A program made the translations under genes and the position numbers. Source: an uncultured Prevotellaceae bacterium (GTDB lineage: Bacteria; Bacteroidota; Bacteroidia; Bacteroidales; Bacteroidaceae). From it: 64,000 nt of DNA. Position 1 is the stretch's first letter. The number at the start of each line of letters is the position of its first letter. Positions 1 to 9,711 of this stretch are shown in pieces. The notes under the pieces were generated by a model. That model ran no database searches, was not told the DNA's origin, and saw only the letters and a list, made by a program, of their open reading frames with translations. Location of the stretch: the NCBI GenBank assembly GCA_902781315.1, contig CACZIT010000008.1, positions 4,176 through 68,175 on the forward strand, in the 5' to 3' direction.

Positions 1-219
1 GCGCGGCATGTCGGTCTTCCCCATTGTCGGCGGCAGCGACTTGCAGTCGCTCCCACAATGGCGGCAATGCAGGTTGCAACGCAGCGTGCACTCCCAGAAC
101 AGCTGCCTCAGCGGATGCTCCTTCGCCAGATTCAGCTGGATGCGGCGTGCCGCCTCCAGCGCCAACCGTTTGCGCAGCCCCAACGTCCTTACATCTTCTG
201 TGATTGGCTGATTACTCAT
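1..219 (-). CDS. Radical SAM enzyme of the Bacteroidales rSAM/lipoprotein system (TIGR04133-like), 5' part only; runs off the window
   Basis: Not in the ORF track. Manual translation from ATG at 219 gives MSNQPITEDVRTLGLRKRLALE...LFWECTLRCNLHCRHCGSDC...DMP, with the CxxxCxxC motif. Its start overlaps the stop of the upstream lipoprotein. Confidence 0.85.
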   Translation of the reverse strand, partial: MSNQPITEDVRTLGLRKRLALEAARRIQLNLAKEHPLRQLFWECTLRCNLHCRHCGSDCKSLPPTMGKTDMPR

Positions 220-682
220 CGTCAAGACCTTCTGCCTTCAACTTCGCATTGGCCGTCAGCTCATACTTGCCATCGTACCAGTTGCCGTCGCCTTTCTTCA
301 CTTTTTTCTTCGCCATAGCCTCTGCGGAAACCGAGTCAGTTGCAAACTCACCGCCGTTGGCCTCGCCGTCGACATCCTCAAACACTACTCGCATCATGGG
401 ATTTATGCTAATGCTTCTCATCTCCTTTGTCGCGAAGTGCCCCTCCTTGTCAGTGTAGGTGGTTTGCTCCGTCGTACCATCATGGAAGTTAAAATATCCA
501 CGCGTCGTGACGCGGATGCCTTCAATGGGCTTTCCCTCTGCATTAGTCACTTGTCCTACCACGTGAAAATCTACGGTGGGTGTTCCATATTCTTCACCTT
601 CCTCCGTGCAGGCCTCAAAGCCCAGCAGCACCAGCAGCGCCGACAGCGCCCCGTTGGCTATTCTATACCATTTTTTCTTCAT
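212..682 (-). CDS. Radical SAM-associated putative lipoprotein (TIGR04134-like)
   Basis: Signal peptide with lipobox (LLGFEAC) followed by EYGTP; coupled to the rSAM gene. Start moved to MKKKW at 682. Confidence 0.8.
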   Translation of the reverse strand: MKKKWYRIANGALSALLVLLGFEACTEEGEEYGTPTVDFHVVGQVTNAEGKPIEGIRVTTRGYFNFHDGTTEQTTYTDKEGHFATKEMRSISINPMMRVVFEDVDGEANGGEFATDSVSAEAMAKKKVKKGDGNWYDGKYELTANAKLKAEGLDDE

Positions 683-789
683 ATCGTTCTGAAAAAATAA
701 ACTATTTCTGCCTATTAAACGCAGAAAACCCAAAAACTTGCATCTGAGAATAAAATAATTGGCATGCTTTTTGCGTTTTTAACAATAGA

Positions 790-1104
790 ATGAAGATTAT
801 CCACAACAGGCTGATTCCGTTCCGCAAGTATGACGCCATCAACATCTGCGGACTGCTGTTCTGCCGCAAGGGCGTCACCATCACCACTGAACTCATCCAG
901 CACGAGCGCATTCACACCGCACAGATGTTGGAACTGTTTGTCGTGGGCTTCTATCTCTGGTACGTCGTTGAGTGGCTCATCCGTCTGCCACTGCCCGGCC
1001 GTGCCTACACCCACATCGCCTTCGAACGCGAAGCCTATGAAAATATGAACAATCCTAACTACCTACTCCACCGCCGCCGCTTTGCCTGGATGAAGTATCT
1101 TTAG
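790..1104 (+). CDS. Small conserved Bacteroidales hypothetical protein with HExxH motif
   Basis: 104-aa ORF with HERIH, a hydrophobic FYLWYVVEWL segment and an FEREAY motif. Confidence 0.7.
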   Translation: MKIIHNRLIPFRKYDAINICGLLFCRKGVTITTELIQHERIHTAQMLELFVVGFYLWYVVEWLIRLPLPGRAYTHIAFEREAYENMNNPNYLLHRRRFAWMKYL

Positions 1105-1145
1105 GTTGAAGTTTTGCAGGAAGAACGCTGCCCCCTATAACAATA

Positions 1146-2249
1146 TTACTCGTAGTGCCGCACGCGGACGTCGATAGAGTCGGCCTGAAGCTGCGAGGGA
1201 ATGCCGCTGACGTCGGTCTGACCGAAGTGGTAGGGGAAGAGTACGCGCGGACGAATCATGCGGGCAGCGCGCAACAGCTGGTCGGGCGTCATCGTGTAGG
1301 GCTGGTTGCAGGGCAGGAAGGCAACGTCGATAGCCAGCTGCTGACCGTCCTTCTCCGTTGGTGCAAGGCTGGCCATTTCGGGCACATCCTCGGTGTCGCC
1401 GGCCACATAGATGCGCAGACCGTCGAGGGTGATGACAAAACCGTTGTCGCGCCCTTTCGGGTGGAACTGCTGATGGCCTTCGGTGGTGTTATAGGCGGGC
1501 ACGGCCTCAAGGATGAAGTCGTCGGCCAACGTGAGGTGGTCGCCGTTCTTCATCACGTCCATCAAGGCAGGGCGAAGATTGCCCAGCTGGTCGGCACAGC
1601 GCTGGTTGGTGACGAGGTGCGTGGAGTCGGTCGAGAGTTGGCGAATAGCCTCGGCATCGAAGTGGTCGCCATGCTCGTGGGTGACGAGAATGTAGTCGGC
1701 CTTAGGCATCGCAGCAAGGTCTACAACGCGGTTGCCAAGCTTGCGGACGGGGTCGATGTAGATGTGCCGGCCACCGATGTCGAGCCGGATGCTGGCGTGA
1801 ACAAGTGCGTGGAAACGAACGGTGTGCCCGCCAGGCGTTGCGAACTCGTCGGTTTCATACTGCGCAGTCGTCACGGGACGTCCGGCAGCCTTCCAGGCCA
1901 TGATGCCTCCCGACAGGTTCACGACCTCATAGCCCTGCTCGCTGAGCATGGTGGCTGCGTTGGCCGAACGACGACCGCTGCGGCAATAGACGGCCACCGG
2001 GCGCTTTTTGTCGAGACGACCTGTTGCGTCGGCGAGGAACGACGACTGCTTCACGTCGATGTTCAGCGCATCGACGAGATGGCCTTCAGCAAATTCTTCT
2101 GCCGTGCGCACGTCGAGCAATTGCACCTGACTGTCATTGATGAGTCGGGCAAAGCCCTCTACGTCGGTGTTATTAATAGCCTGCTGGCTGCAGGCAGTGC
2201 TGGCGCCCATTCCCAAAAGGGTCAGCACAAAAGCAAGGATTCTGTTCAT
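1146..2249 (-). CDS. Lipoprotein: rhodanese domain fused to an MBL-fold metallo-hydrolase
   Basis: Lipobox ASTAC; rhodanese motifs LLDVRT...GHL and VYCRSGRRS; MBL motifs THEHGDH, AGDT and PYH. Confidence 0.85.
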   Translation of the reverse strand: MNRILAFVLTLLGMGASTACSQQAINNTDVEGFARLINDSQVQLLDVRTAEEFAEGHLVDALNIDVKQSSFLADATGRLDKKRPVAVYCRSGRRSANAATMLSEQGYEVVNLSGGIMAWKAAGRPVTTAQYETDEFATPGGHTVRFHALVHASIRLDIGGRHIYIDPVRKLGNRVVDLAAMPKADYILVTHEHGDHFDAEAIRQLSTDSTHLVTNQRCADQLGNLRPALMDVMKNGDHLTLADDFILEAVPAYNTTEGHQQFHPKGRDNGFVITLDGLRIYVAGDTEDVPEMASLAPTEKDGQQLAIDVAFLPCNQPYTMTPDQLLRAARMIRPRVLFPYHFGQTDVSGIPSQLQADSIDVRVRHYE

Positions 2250-2263
2250 ATTGGTTTCTGTGT

Positions 2264-3151
2264 TTAGTCAACAAAGCGACGGAGAATGTCGCCATAGGCA
2301 TCGATGCGGCGATCGCGCAGGAACGGCCACCAGCGGCGCACCTGCTCGGAGCGCGAGAGGCTGACCGTAACCACCTGCCGCACCTCCTCGTCCTTCGGCG
2401 CGCGATAGAGAAATTCGCCCTGCGGGCCTACCACCATCGACGAGCCCCAGAACTGGATGCCATTGGTCTGGCCGGAGGGGTCGGGCTCAAGGCCCACTCT
2501 ATTCACCGTCACCACGGGCAGATCGTTTGCCACGGCATGGCCGCGCTGCACGGTGGTCCAGGCCTCGCGCTGGCGTTCCTGCTCGTCAGTCGTGTCGGAC
2601 GACTCGTAGCCGATGGCGGTGGGATAGATGAGCAGTTCGGCTCCCTGAAGCGCCATCAGGCGGGCTGCCTCGGGGTACCACTGGTCCCAGCAGACAAGCA
2701 CGCCCAAGCGCCCCACGCTGGTCTGAATGGGGTGGAAACCGAGGTCGCCCGGCGTGAAGTAGAACTTCTCGTAGTAGGCTGGATCGTCGGGGATGTGCAT
2801 CTTGCGATACTTGCCGGCAATCGTTCCATCGCGCTCGATGACCACGGCGGTGTTGTGGTAGAGCCCGGCAGCGCGGCGCTCGAAGAGTGAGGTGACGATG
2901 ACCACCTGCAGCTCGCGGGCCAGTGCTCCGTAGAACTCCGTGGAGGGTCCGGGAATGGGCTCTGCCTGGTCGAACACGTCGACGTCCTCGGTCTGGCAGA
3001 AGTAAAGCCCATTGTGCAGTTCCTGCAGCACGATGAGCTGCGCGCCGTCGGCAGCCAAGCAGCGAATGCCCTCGGCCAGCCGGTTCATATTCTCTGTCCT
3101 GTCAGCCCCGTTGTGCTGTTGCAGGATTCCTATTTTCAGTTCTTTTTCCAT
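2264..3151 (-). CDS. Carbon-nitrogen hydrolase (N-carbamoylputrescine amidase-like)
   Basis: Nitrilase triad motifs LQELH, YRKMHIP and VCWDQWYPE. Confidence 0.9.
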   Translation of the reverse strand: MEKELKIGILQQHNGADRTENMNRLAEGIRCLAADGAQLIVLQELHNGLYFCQTEDVDVFDQAEPIPGPSTEFYGALARELQVVIVTSLFERRAAGLYHNTAVVIERDGTIAGKYRKMHIPDDPAYYEKFYFTPGDLGFHPIQTSVGRLGVLVCWDQWYPEAARLMALQGAELLIYPTAIGYESSDTTDEQERQREAWTTVQRGHAVANDLPVVTVNRVGLEPDPSGQTNGIQFWGSSMVVGPQGEFLYRAPKDEEVRQVVTVSLSRSEQVRRWWPFLRDRRIDAYGDILRRFVD

Positions 3152-3194
3152 GTCCTGTTCCTGTATGCTACGACCGCGTCGCAGCTCAAAATAA

Positions 3195-4106
3195 TCAGTC
3201 TATACACCCCACAATCTCGCTGACCGACTGGCAGCCGTGCCTGTCGAGCCACTCGTTGATGCCGTCGCGCACCTTCATCGTCACCGCGGGGTCAATGAAG
3301 TTGGCCGTACCAATCTCGATGGCCGTAGCGCCCGCCATGAGGAACTCGATGGCATCCTCGGCGGTCATGATGCCGCCCAGACCGATTACGGGAATCTTCA
3401 CCGCCTTTGCCACCTGCCACACCATTCTGAGGGCCACGGGCTTCACGGCAGGCCCCGAGAGGCCACCGGTGGCAATGCTTAGCACTGGCCGGCGGCGCTC
3501 GATGTCGATGGCCATGCCCATGAGTGTGTTGATGAGCGACACCGAGTCGGCACCCTCAGCCTCGCAAGCGCGGGCAATGTCGGCAATATTCGTCACGTTG
3601 GGCGAGAGTTTCACGATGAGCGTCTTGTGGTAAGCCGCACGTACGGCTTTCACAACGCTGGCCGCCCCCTCGCACGTTGTGCCGAAAGCCATGCCACCCT
3701 GCTTAACGTTAGGGCAGGAAATATTCAGCTCGATGGCGGGAATCTGCTCCAGCGCGTCGATGCGGGCCGCACACTCAGCATAGTCATCGGGTGCCGAGCC
3801 GCTGACGTTTACGATGACGTTCGTGTCGATGTCCTTCACCTGCGGATAAATGTGCTCGCAGAAATAATCTACGCCCTTGTTCTGCAGGCCCACGCAGTTA
3901 AGCATGCCGCTGGCGGTCTCGGCCATGCGCGGGTAGTCGTTGCCCTCGCGTGGATGCAGCGTAGTGCCCTTCACGATGATGCCACCCAACTCATCGAGCG
4001 GCACAAAGTCCTGAAACTCCAGGCCATAGCCGAACGTCCCAGATGCAGTCATCACAGGATTCTTCAGCTCCAGCTTTCCGATATTTACATGTAAATCAGC
4101 CATCAC
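3195..4106 (-). CDS. pyrD: Dihydroorotate dehydrogenase B, catalytic subunit
   Basis: [33 protein letters not shown]; adjacent to pyrK. Confidence 0.95.
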   Translation of the reverse strand: MMADLHVNIGKLELKNPVMTASGTFGYGLEFQDFVPLDELGGIIVKGTTLHPREGNDYPRMAETASGMLNCVGLQNKGVDYFCEHIYPQVKDIDTNVIVNVSGSAPDDYAECAARIDALEQIPAIELNISCPNVKQGGMAFGTTCEGAASVVKAVRAAYHKTLIVKLSPNVTNIADIARACEAEGADSVSLINTLMGMAIDIERRRPVLSIATGGLSGPAVKPVALRMVWQVAKAVKIPVIGLGGIMTAEDAIEFLMAGATAIEIGTANFIDPAVTMKVRDGINEWLDRHGCQSVSEIVGCID

Positions 4107-4120
4107 CCTTTATCTTTTTG

Positions 4121-4224
4121 TTACTTTGTTACCTTGTTACTTTGTCACTTTGTTACTTTGTTGCCTTGTTACTTTGTCACTTTGTTACTTTGTTACCTTG
4201 TTACCTTGTTACCTTGTCACTTTG
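4121..4224. repeat. Tandem array of 13 octamers T(T/C)AC(T/C)TTG
   Basis: Directly visible; overlaps the pyrK stop codon. Confidence 0.95.
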
Positions 4225-5047
4225 CCCAAAGCAGTTCTTCTTTAGCAAACACAGGACCGTCCTTGCATACACAGACGTTGTGCACTGTCTCCTGTCCGTC
4301 CACCTCGAGTTGGCGAACCTTCTCCACGCAACACAGGCAGGCACCCAGTCCGCAGGCCATCATATTCTCCAGCGAAACCTGACAATCCACATCGGCCTCC
4401 CAGGCATACTTCACCACAGCCTTCATCATCGGCGTAGGGCCGCAGCATTGCACCATGTCGAACCGCTCCTCGCGCAGCACGGAATGATTGGTCACAAAGC
4501 CCTGCTCGCCCATTGTGCCGTCCTCAGTCGTCACGCACACGCGCCCGTACTTTTTAAATTCATCCAGCAACAGCAGGTCGCAAGCCGAGCGAGCACCCAG
4601 CAGGAACGTCACGTCGGCCCCCTGACGAGCCAGCTCTGCGCCCTGATAGAGCAGCGGAGCCACACCCACGCCGCCTCCTATGAGCAGAAAACGGGGCGCT
4701 CCCTCTGCAATAGGAGGAACCATCTCGGTGAGCGTTGCAAATCCGCGTCCCAGCGGCAGCACGCAATTGAGCCGGTCGCCAGCCTGCAACTGAGCCAACC
4801 GACGCGTACCGGCACCCACCACGGCCACAAGCAGCCACAACTCGTTTTGCTCACGATTGACAAAATTAATGGAAATAGGCCGCCGCAGAAAGGTCGACGG
4901 CTCGCCATCAACGCGCACCTCAACAAACTGGCCAGCCGCCATCTCTGGCAGAAGCGTACCATCGTCGGTGGTCAGCCGAATCAACACATAACGATTGTTC
5001 AGCCTTTCCAAATCTGACACACGCAGGTCTAAGCAATATTTCTTCAT
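4217..5047 (-). CDS. pyrK: Dihydroorotate dehydrogenase electron transfer subunit
   Basis: RRPISI, GGGVGVAP, CCGP and the 2Fe-2S motif CGLGACLCC...VCKDGPVF. Confidence 0.95.
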   Translation of the reverse strand: MKKYCLDLRVSDLERLNNRYVLIRLTTDDGTLLPEMAAGQFVEVRVDGEPSTFLRRPISINFVNREQNELWLLVAVVGAGTRRLAQLQAGDRLNCVLPLGRGFATLTEMVPPIAEGAPRFLLIGGGVGVAPLLYQGAELARQGADVTFLLGARSACDLLLLDEFKKYGRVCVTTEDGTMGEQGFVTNHSVLREERFDMVQCCGPTPMMKAVVKYAWEADVDCQVSLENMMACGLGACLCCVEKVRQLEVDGQETVHNVCVCKDGPVFAKEELLWAK

Positions 5048-5079
5048 GATCTTTCTAATTCGCTAACATTTACAAAGTG

Positions 5080-5087
5080 CAAAGATA
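5080..5087 (-). promoter_or_regulatory. Bacteroidota -7 promoter box for pyrK-pyrD
   Basis: TATCTTTG (TAnnTTTG) on the minus strand about 33 bp upstream of the pyrK start. Confidence 0.7.
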
Positions 5088-5359
5088 CAATTTAACGGGC
5101 GAATTTCAAAAAGAAAACACATAATTTTTGTTACAGCAGCAGTTGCTTGCGATTTACGAGCAATGTTAGCGGGGAGGCTCTAGGGCTGTTCATAACCCCA
5201 GATGGGTGGTCCGTCAAAAAATACAAGGGGCCGTGTACTTGGCACACAAGCCCCTTATACTCGGAGTACAAAAAACGTGGTGCAACGAGTGCACTGCGCT
5301 TGTACAACCATTACAAAAAAGCAGCATTAAAAACAAAGAAAATAAGCACGCCTGACGCC

Positions 5360-5842
5360 TCACTTTTTCGGCACAAAACTCTCCCACGTTTGGTCGTCGT
5401 AGAAGATACGAATCTCTGTTATCTTGCGTTGTGGCTTGTCAATATTTTTCAAAAGAAAAGTGTCGATATTTTTAGGTGTAGAATTAACACCTTGCCCATA
5501 TACGCTCGGCTGACCACCCGAGGGTAGGGCAGACTGAGGAGTATCAAAGTCGAGCAATGCCTCGCGGCCGTCGGCAACAGCAGCGGAAGAAGCGGCAGCA
5601 GCGGCATCAGAGCCCTGATTGCCCTTCGACACATCTATATACATAGGGCCGGTGCCAAACATGAGCCAGTCGGTAGAAATCGATGGCAGACTATTCTTGA
5701 TGGCCTCGACAATGTTAAGCGACGGGTTGGTGCGACCGTTGAAGATACCGCTAAGGGTGGCGGGCGATATTTTGATAAACTGAGCAAACACTTGTTGGGT
5801 CATGTGCTGGCTCTCCATGATGCGTCTGATTCTATCTTTCAT
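5360..5842 (-). CDS. XRE-family helix-turn-helix transcriptional regulator
   Basis: MTQQVFAQFIKISPATLSGIFNGRTNPS HTH and conserved C-terminal IRIFYDDQTWESFVP. Confidence 0.85.
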   Translation of the reverse strand: MKDRIRRIMESQHMTQQVFAQFIKISPATLSGIFNGRTNPSLNIVEAIKNSLPSISTDWLMFGTGPMYIDVSKGNQGSDAAAAASSAAVADGREALLDFDTPQSALPSGGQPSVYGQGVNSTPKNIDTFLLKNIDKPQRKITEIRIFYDDQTWESFVPKK

Positions 5843-6674
5843 ACTCCTTGAATTATGATCAATTGACTAAGCAAGTCCGTTTTCAGCACCTAAAATGGCG
5901 AATCAGGGACTTTTTGTTTGACTTTACAAAGGTAAAGCTTTTTTTTGAGACGTGCAAGTTTTTAAAGAAGAATTTTAAATTAGGCGATTTAAACTTTAAA
6001 CTTTAAAACTTTAAACTATTAAAGTAGTAAACTTCGTAAAGAACGTTTAAATATATAAATCCAAATTGCTTTATCAAATTGATTTACAATGAAAACTAAT
6101 AGCAAAATCAATGTAATTTATTGGTTTTCATATACATATATAGCGTTTTAATGTTGTAAATCATTCGTTTATACACTCTTTTGCCGAAATTACCTCCTTT
6201 AATTGCATCAAAAACTTTGAATATTCATCATAAAACACTGGTTTTTAGTAATTTAAGTGCTTAAACGTGTATATGTATAAGTAATTATTTACTGTTTTGA
6301 ATTACAAAATTTACAATTACAAATGCGAATTTCTGATTTAAAATCGTTTTATCTATTAAATTAATATTGAAAATCAAAATAAAAATATTCGTGTTTTTAA
6401 ATTCTTTAATTTCACAAATATTAAAAAGGTGAATCAAAATAAATGTGAACGCTAAATCGCGTTTTTTGAGTTTTTTCGAAAAATCGCCAAATTTTTAAAA
6501 TTCTGGACGACGGGTCAAAAAGTTGAAAATTCTTCAAAATTGAGAGGGGTAAAATGGGGCTAAGTGCCTGATTTCATTAAGGTTTTAGCCAAAAAAAGTG
6601 CTCCTGGCGAGCACTCATTCTAGATAAAAAATGAGCCGAAAATGACATTTTTCGACTCATTTTTGAGCAAATTT
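5843..6674. other. 830-bp very AT-rich non-coding gap; candidate replication origin or large regulatory region
   Basis: No ORF; GC far below flanking genes; (TTTAAAAC)-type repeats and several TTACAA copies. No perfect TTATCCACA seen. Confidence 0.35.
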
Positions 6675-7718
6675 TCAATGCAAAATGAAAAAAATCAGCT
6701 CCTTCATGAGCTCCCCTGGGGGCGTATTTGGATTTTCTATGCCCTTTCCTTTCGCATCAATCTCTCTCATCTTTGTGATGATCTGCATTGTCTTCATTCC
6801 GCTGTAGTTTCTTAACCCAGTCATATACTCCTTCGCAGCCCATTCCGATCGCAATCCCAGATGCTGCGCAACTGCTGCAGAATTATTTTTCTGTGGGCAA
6901 TAGTGAGCCAGCATGAGATTTTGGAAATAACTAAAGAGCAAAGGGAGAATGGAATAGAGCGAACCAGCCTTTTGATTGTTGTCAAAATATTTCACAATTA
7001 AATTTGCCTTATACACATCCCTGTTGACGATGGCCGACCGGAGTTCGAAGGCATTGAATTCCTTGCTCACTCCTATCTCCCTTTCCACCACTTCGGGCGT
7101 GATGGTCCTCTCCCCCTCGGGCATCGAAATGAACACCTTGTCGAGTTCCGATGTCAGGCGGCTCAAGTCCGAACCGATATGGTCTGCCACCATGCGCAAT
7201 GCCTTGTAGTCAATCTGCGCATTGTGTGACCTCACATAGTTTTCGATGAAGACGGGTAACTCGCGATCGCCCAGTTTCTTGCTCTCGAACACCACTCCAC
7301 CATTTTTCTCCACATTAGCCACCAGCGAACTGTTGGCTTTCTTGCGCTTGTCGAACGACGCACTCTTGTGGCAGAGCACGAGCACGGTGGTCGGCGTCGG
7401 CTTCTCGGAATACTTCGCCAGCGGCTCCAGCGAGCGCAGGTTCTGCGCTTCCTTCACGATGATTACCTGCCGTTCGGCCATCATCGGGTAGCGGCGCGCC
7501 ATGTCGGCCACCTGAGCCGCTGTGGTGTCGGCACCGAAGACGATGGTTTGGTTGAAGTCGCGTTCAGCCTCATCGAGCGCATTCTCGGCGATGAAGTCCG
7601 CAATCTGGTCGATATAGTACGGCTCCTCACCCATCAATATATAAATAGGTGAGAACTTCCGCGCCTGCAGATTACGCATGATTGCCTCGAACGTTGGTCC
7701 AAGATTTTTTCCTGCCAT
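6675..7718 (-). CDS. holA: DNA polymerase III subunit delta
   Basis: PIYILMGEEPYYID, RRYPMMAERQVIIVKEAQ, EIGVSKEFNAFEL and a Bacteroidota HolA-type C-terminus. Confidence 0.92.
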   Translation of the reverse strand: MAGKNLGPTFEAIMRNLQARKFSPIYILMGEEPYYIDQIADFIAENALDEAERDFNQTIVFGADTTAAQVADMARRYPMMAERQVIIVKEAQNLRSLEPLAKYSEKPTPTTVLVLCHKSASFDKRKKANSSLVANVEKNGGVVFESKKLGDRELPVFIENYVRSHNAQIDYKALRMVADHIGSDLSRLTSELDKVFISMPEGERTITPEVVEREIGVSKEFNAFELRSAIVNRDVYKANLIVKYFDNNQKAGSLYSILPLLFSYFQNLMLAHYCPQKNNSAAVAQHLGLRSEWAAKEYMTGLRNYSGMKTMQIITKMREIDAKGKGIENPNTPPGELMKELIFFILH

Positions 7719-7741
7719 AGGTTGTTCAGATATGTTTATCG

Positions 7742-7808
7742 TGCAAAATTACGAATAAGCGAGCGAAAAACCAAATATATTTGTATTTTTCCGAGCGAAA
7801 GGACTCGA
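7742..7808 (-). repeat. Promoter-carrying dispersed repeat, copy A (upstream of holA)
   Basis: Reverse complement TCGCTCGGAAAAATACAAATATATTTGGTTTTTCGCTCGCTTATTCGTAATTTTGCA is nearly identical to the copy at 25473-25541. Confidence 0.85.
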
Positions 7809-8049
7809 AACTTGTTTTCGCTTGCGTTGAGCAAGAAGTTCGGCGAAGCCAATATTACAAAAAAAACCTTGTTAAGTTCGCTCAATTGCATGCAGAAAAC
7901 AAAAAAAATCCATATTTTTGCGAACGATTTATCGCCTCGCGTGTTTGCCTATATGAATCGCGAACCGAAAAATGACGTCATTTCGAAGAATAAAACTTTC
8001 GCGTTCAACCAAACGAAAGAATTTCACGACAAAAACAACCGAAAGACAA

Positions 8050-9711
8050 ATGAAACGAATACTGACAACCCTTGCCCTTGCCTCGGCCCTACTGCTGACG
8101 GCTGCCGCACAGGAGAAGAAGCCAGCCCTAGGCACTTTGATGCTCAACAAAGATTTTTCACCGACTGCCTTAGAGGCTGGCGAGCAACTCTACTACCCTG
8201 TCCTGCTCCACTGCGACACGGCGCAAATCACGCGTCTATTCCACCAATGGAACCAGTACGTCGACCAGCATCCTCAGGACGAGGCTGCCTGGCGCAACTT
8301 CTATGAGGTCTACGAGGCTTACTACCTTCGCTCGTTCAACGCCCCTGGCGGCCGCACGAAGCAGGAGCTGGCCCGGCAGACCAACCTGCAGGAACGGCTG
8401 GCACGTGGCATTCCCTACACCTACACCTACGACATCATTGCGCTGCAGGAGCAGTTCAGCATGACTGGCGACCAGGAGCACAGCCGCGACCATATGCACA
8501 AATACGCTGCCAATGCACTCGAACGCCTTCCCGACGAAGCCCGCGCCTCCGACCTGCAACTGCTCATCGGCACGCTCTATCAGACGGGCGACACGACAAA
8601 CCTGGAGCAACTGCTGAACATCTACTTCGACCGCGACATGTGCCCGTCCTACGTGCTGCAATACCATTTCAACGAACTGCAGGGCATGGAGCAGAACGCC
8701 GTCTACATCGGCACCCACGAGGGCGACATCATCCCGAAACTCGTTATCCAATACGTCCTGCGGCAACATCGCGACAAGGTGCTCTACGACCAGAACTTCT
8801 GCTACGACCGCATCTACAACGCTGCATGCTTCAGCCATTTGGGCATTGCCGAGCCCGACTACGACGCATGGATTCGTTCCGGCGAGTCGTGGAACCGTCT
8901 GAGCGTGGAATGGCTCTGCGGCAACAGCCCGCGCCCCGTGTATTTCTCTTCCAACAGCATCGCCTTCATGGCCGAGCAATGGCTCACCGACGATCTCAAG
9001 GCCTGCCTCTACAACGAGGGACTGACCATGCGCTACTCCCCCACGCCCTACGACAACTTCAAGGTGAAGCGCCAGAACATCGACCGTCGCTATCTCCTGG
9101 AGTACCTGCTCTATTCCTTCGAGTCCGACCACGACGTCCAAGGGCAGCGATGGAACGACGACCAAACCTACCTCGCGCTGAACTACGTCATGCTCCTGCA
9201 AGACCAACTTCCGTGGTATGAGCAGAACGACCGCGAGGGCTACGACCGTCTGGCTCACCTCATCCGCCGCATCCTGAAGCAGAACACCGACACCGACGCC
9301 GCCGAGGAAGACATCCCGCCCATGCTGAAACTGCCGCGACTGGTGTTCTTCAGTGAAAAGGATTCCGACAAGGAAGACTCGATGCCAAGCATCACCGTCG
9401 AGGAGGAGACCGATGCCGACGGCAACCACGTGAAGATTACCACCCGCAAGAATGCTTCGGGCGAAACCCATACCGTGAAGCGCATTTACAGCCCTGACGG
9501 CAAGAAACGCACCGACGTCTACGAAGACGGTACCACACGCACATGGCAGTTCGGCAACCTGCCCGAGGGAGTCACCATCGACGACTACATCAACAGTCTC
9601 AACGAAGGCAGCACCGTGACGGAATCCGTTGATGCCGACGGCAACAAAACCGTCACCAAGACCACCATCATCACCAGCAACGAACAGAGAAAAATCTCAT
9701 GGAAGAAGTAA
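8050..9711 (+). CDS. Exported hypothetical protein, co-transcribed with an ECF sigma factor
   Basis: Signal peptide MKRILTTLALASALLLTAAA; host-like codon usage; duplicated C-terminal DADGN motif. Start moved to 8050. Confidence 0.8.
   Translation: MKRILTTLALASALLLTAAAQEKKPALGTLMLNKDFSPTALEAGEQLYYPVLLHCDTAQITRLFHQWNQYVDQHPQDEAAWRNFYEVYEAYYLRSFNAPGGRTKQELARQTNLQERLARGIPYTYTYDIIALQEQFSMTGDQEHSRDHMHKYAANALERLPDEARASDLQLLIGTLYQTGDTTNLEQLLNIYFDRDMCPSYVLQYHFNELQGMEQNAVYIGTHEGDIIPKLVIQYVLRQHRDKVLYDQNFCYDRIYNAACFSHLGIAEPDYDAWIRSGESWNRLSVEWLCGNSPRPVYFSSNSIAFMAEQWLTDDLKACLYNEGLTMRYSPTPYDNFKVKRQNIDRRYLLEYLLYSFESDHDVQGQRWNDDQTYLALNYVMLLQDQLPWYEQNDREGYDRLAHLIRRILKQNTDTDAAEEDIPPMLKLPRLVFFSEKDSDKEDSMPSITVEEETDADGNHVKITTRKNASGETHTVKRIYSPDGKKRTDVYEDGTTRTWQFGNLPEGVTIDDYINSLNEGSTVTESVDADGNKTVTKTTIITSNEQRKISWKK

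Noticed and set aside
4043-5017. 324-aa plus-strand ORF with LLCYFVT repeats
   Set aside because: The octamer array has no stop in this direction; the rest is antisense to pyrK.
8236-9471. 411-aa minus-strand ORF
   Set aside because: Antisense shadow of the real plus-strand gene; the same applies to 1155..2267, 13283..14170, 44127..45215, 57767..58726 and 60682..61893.
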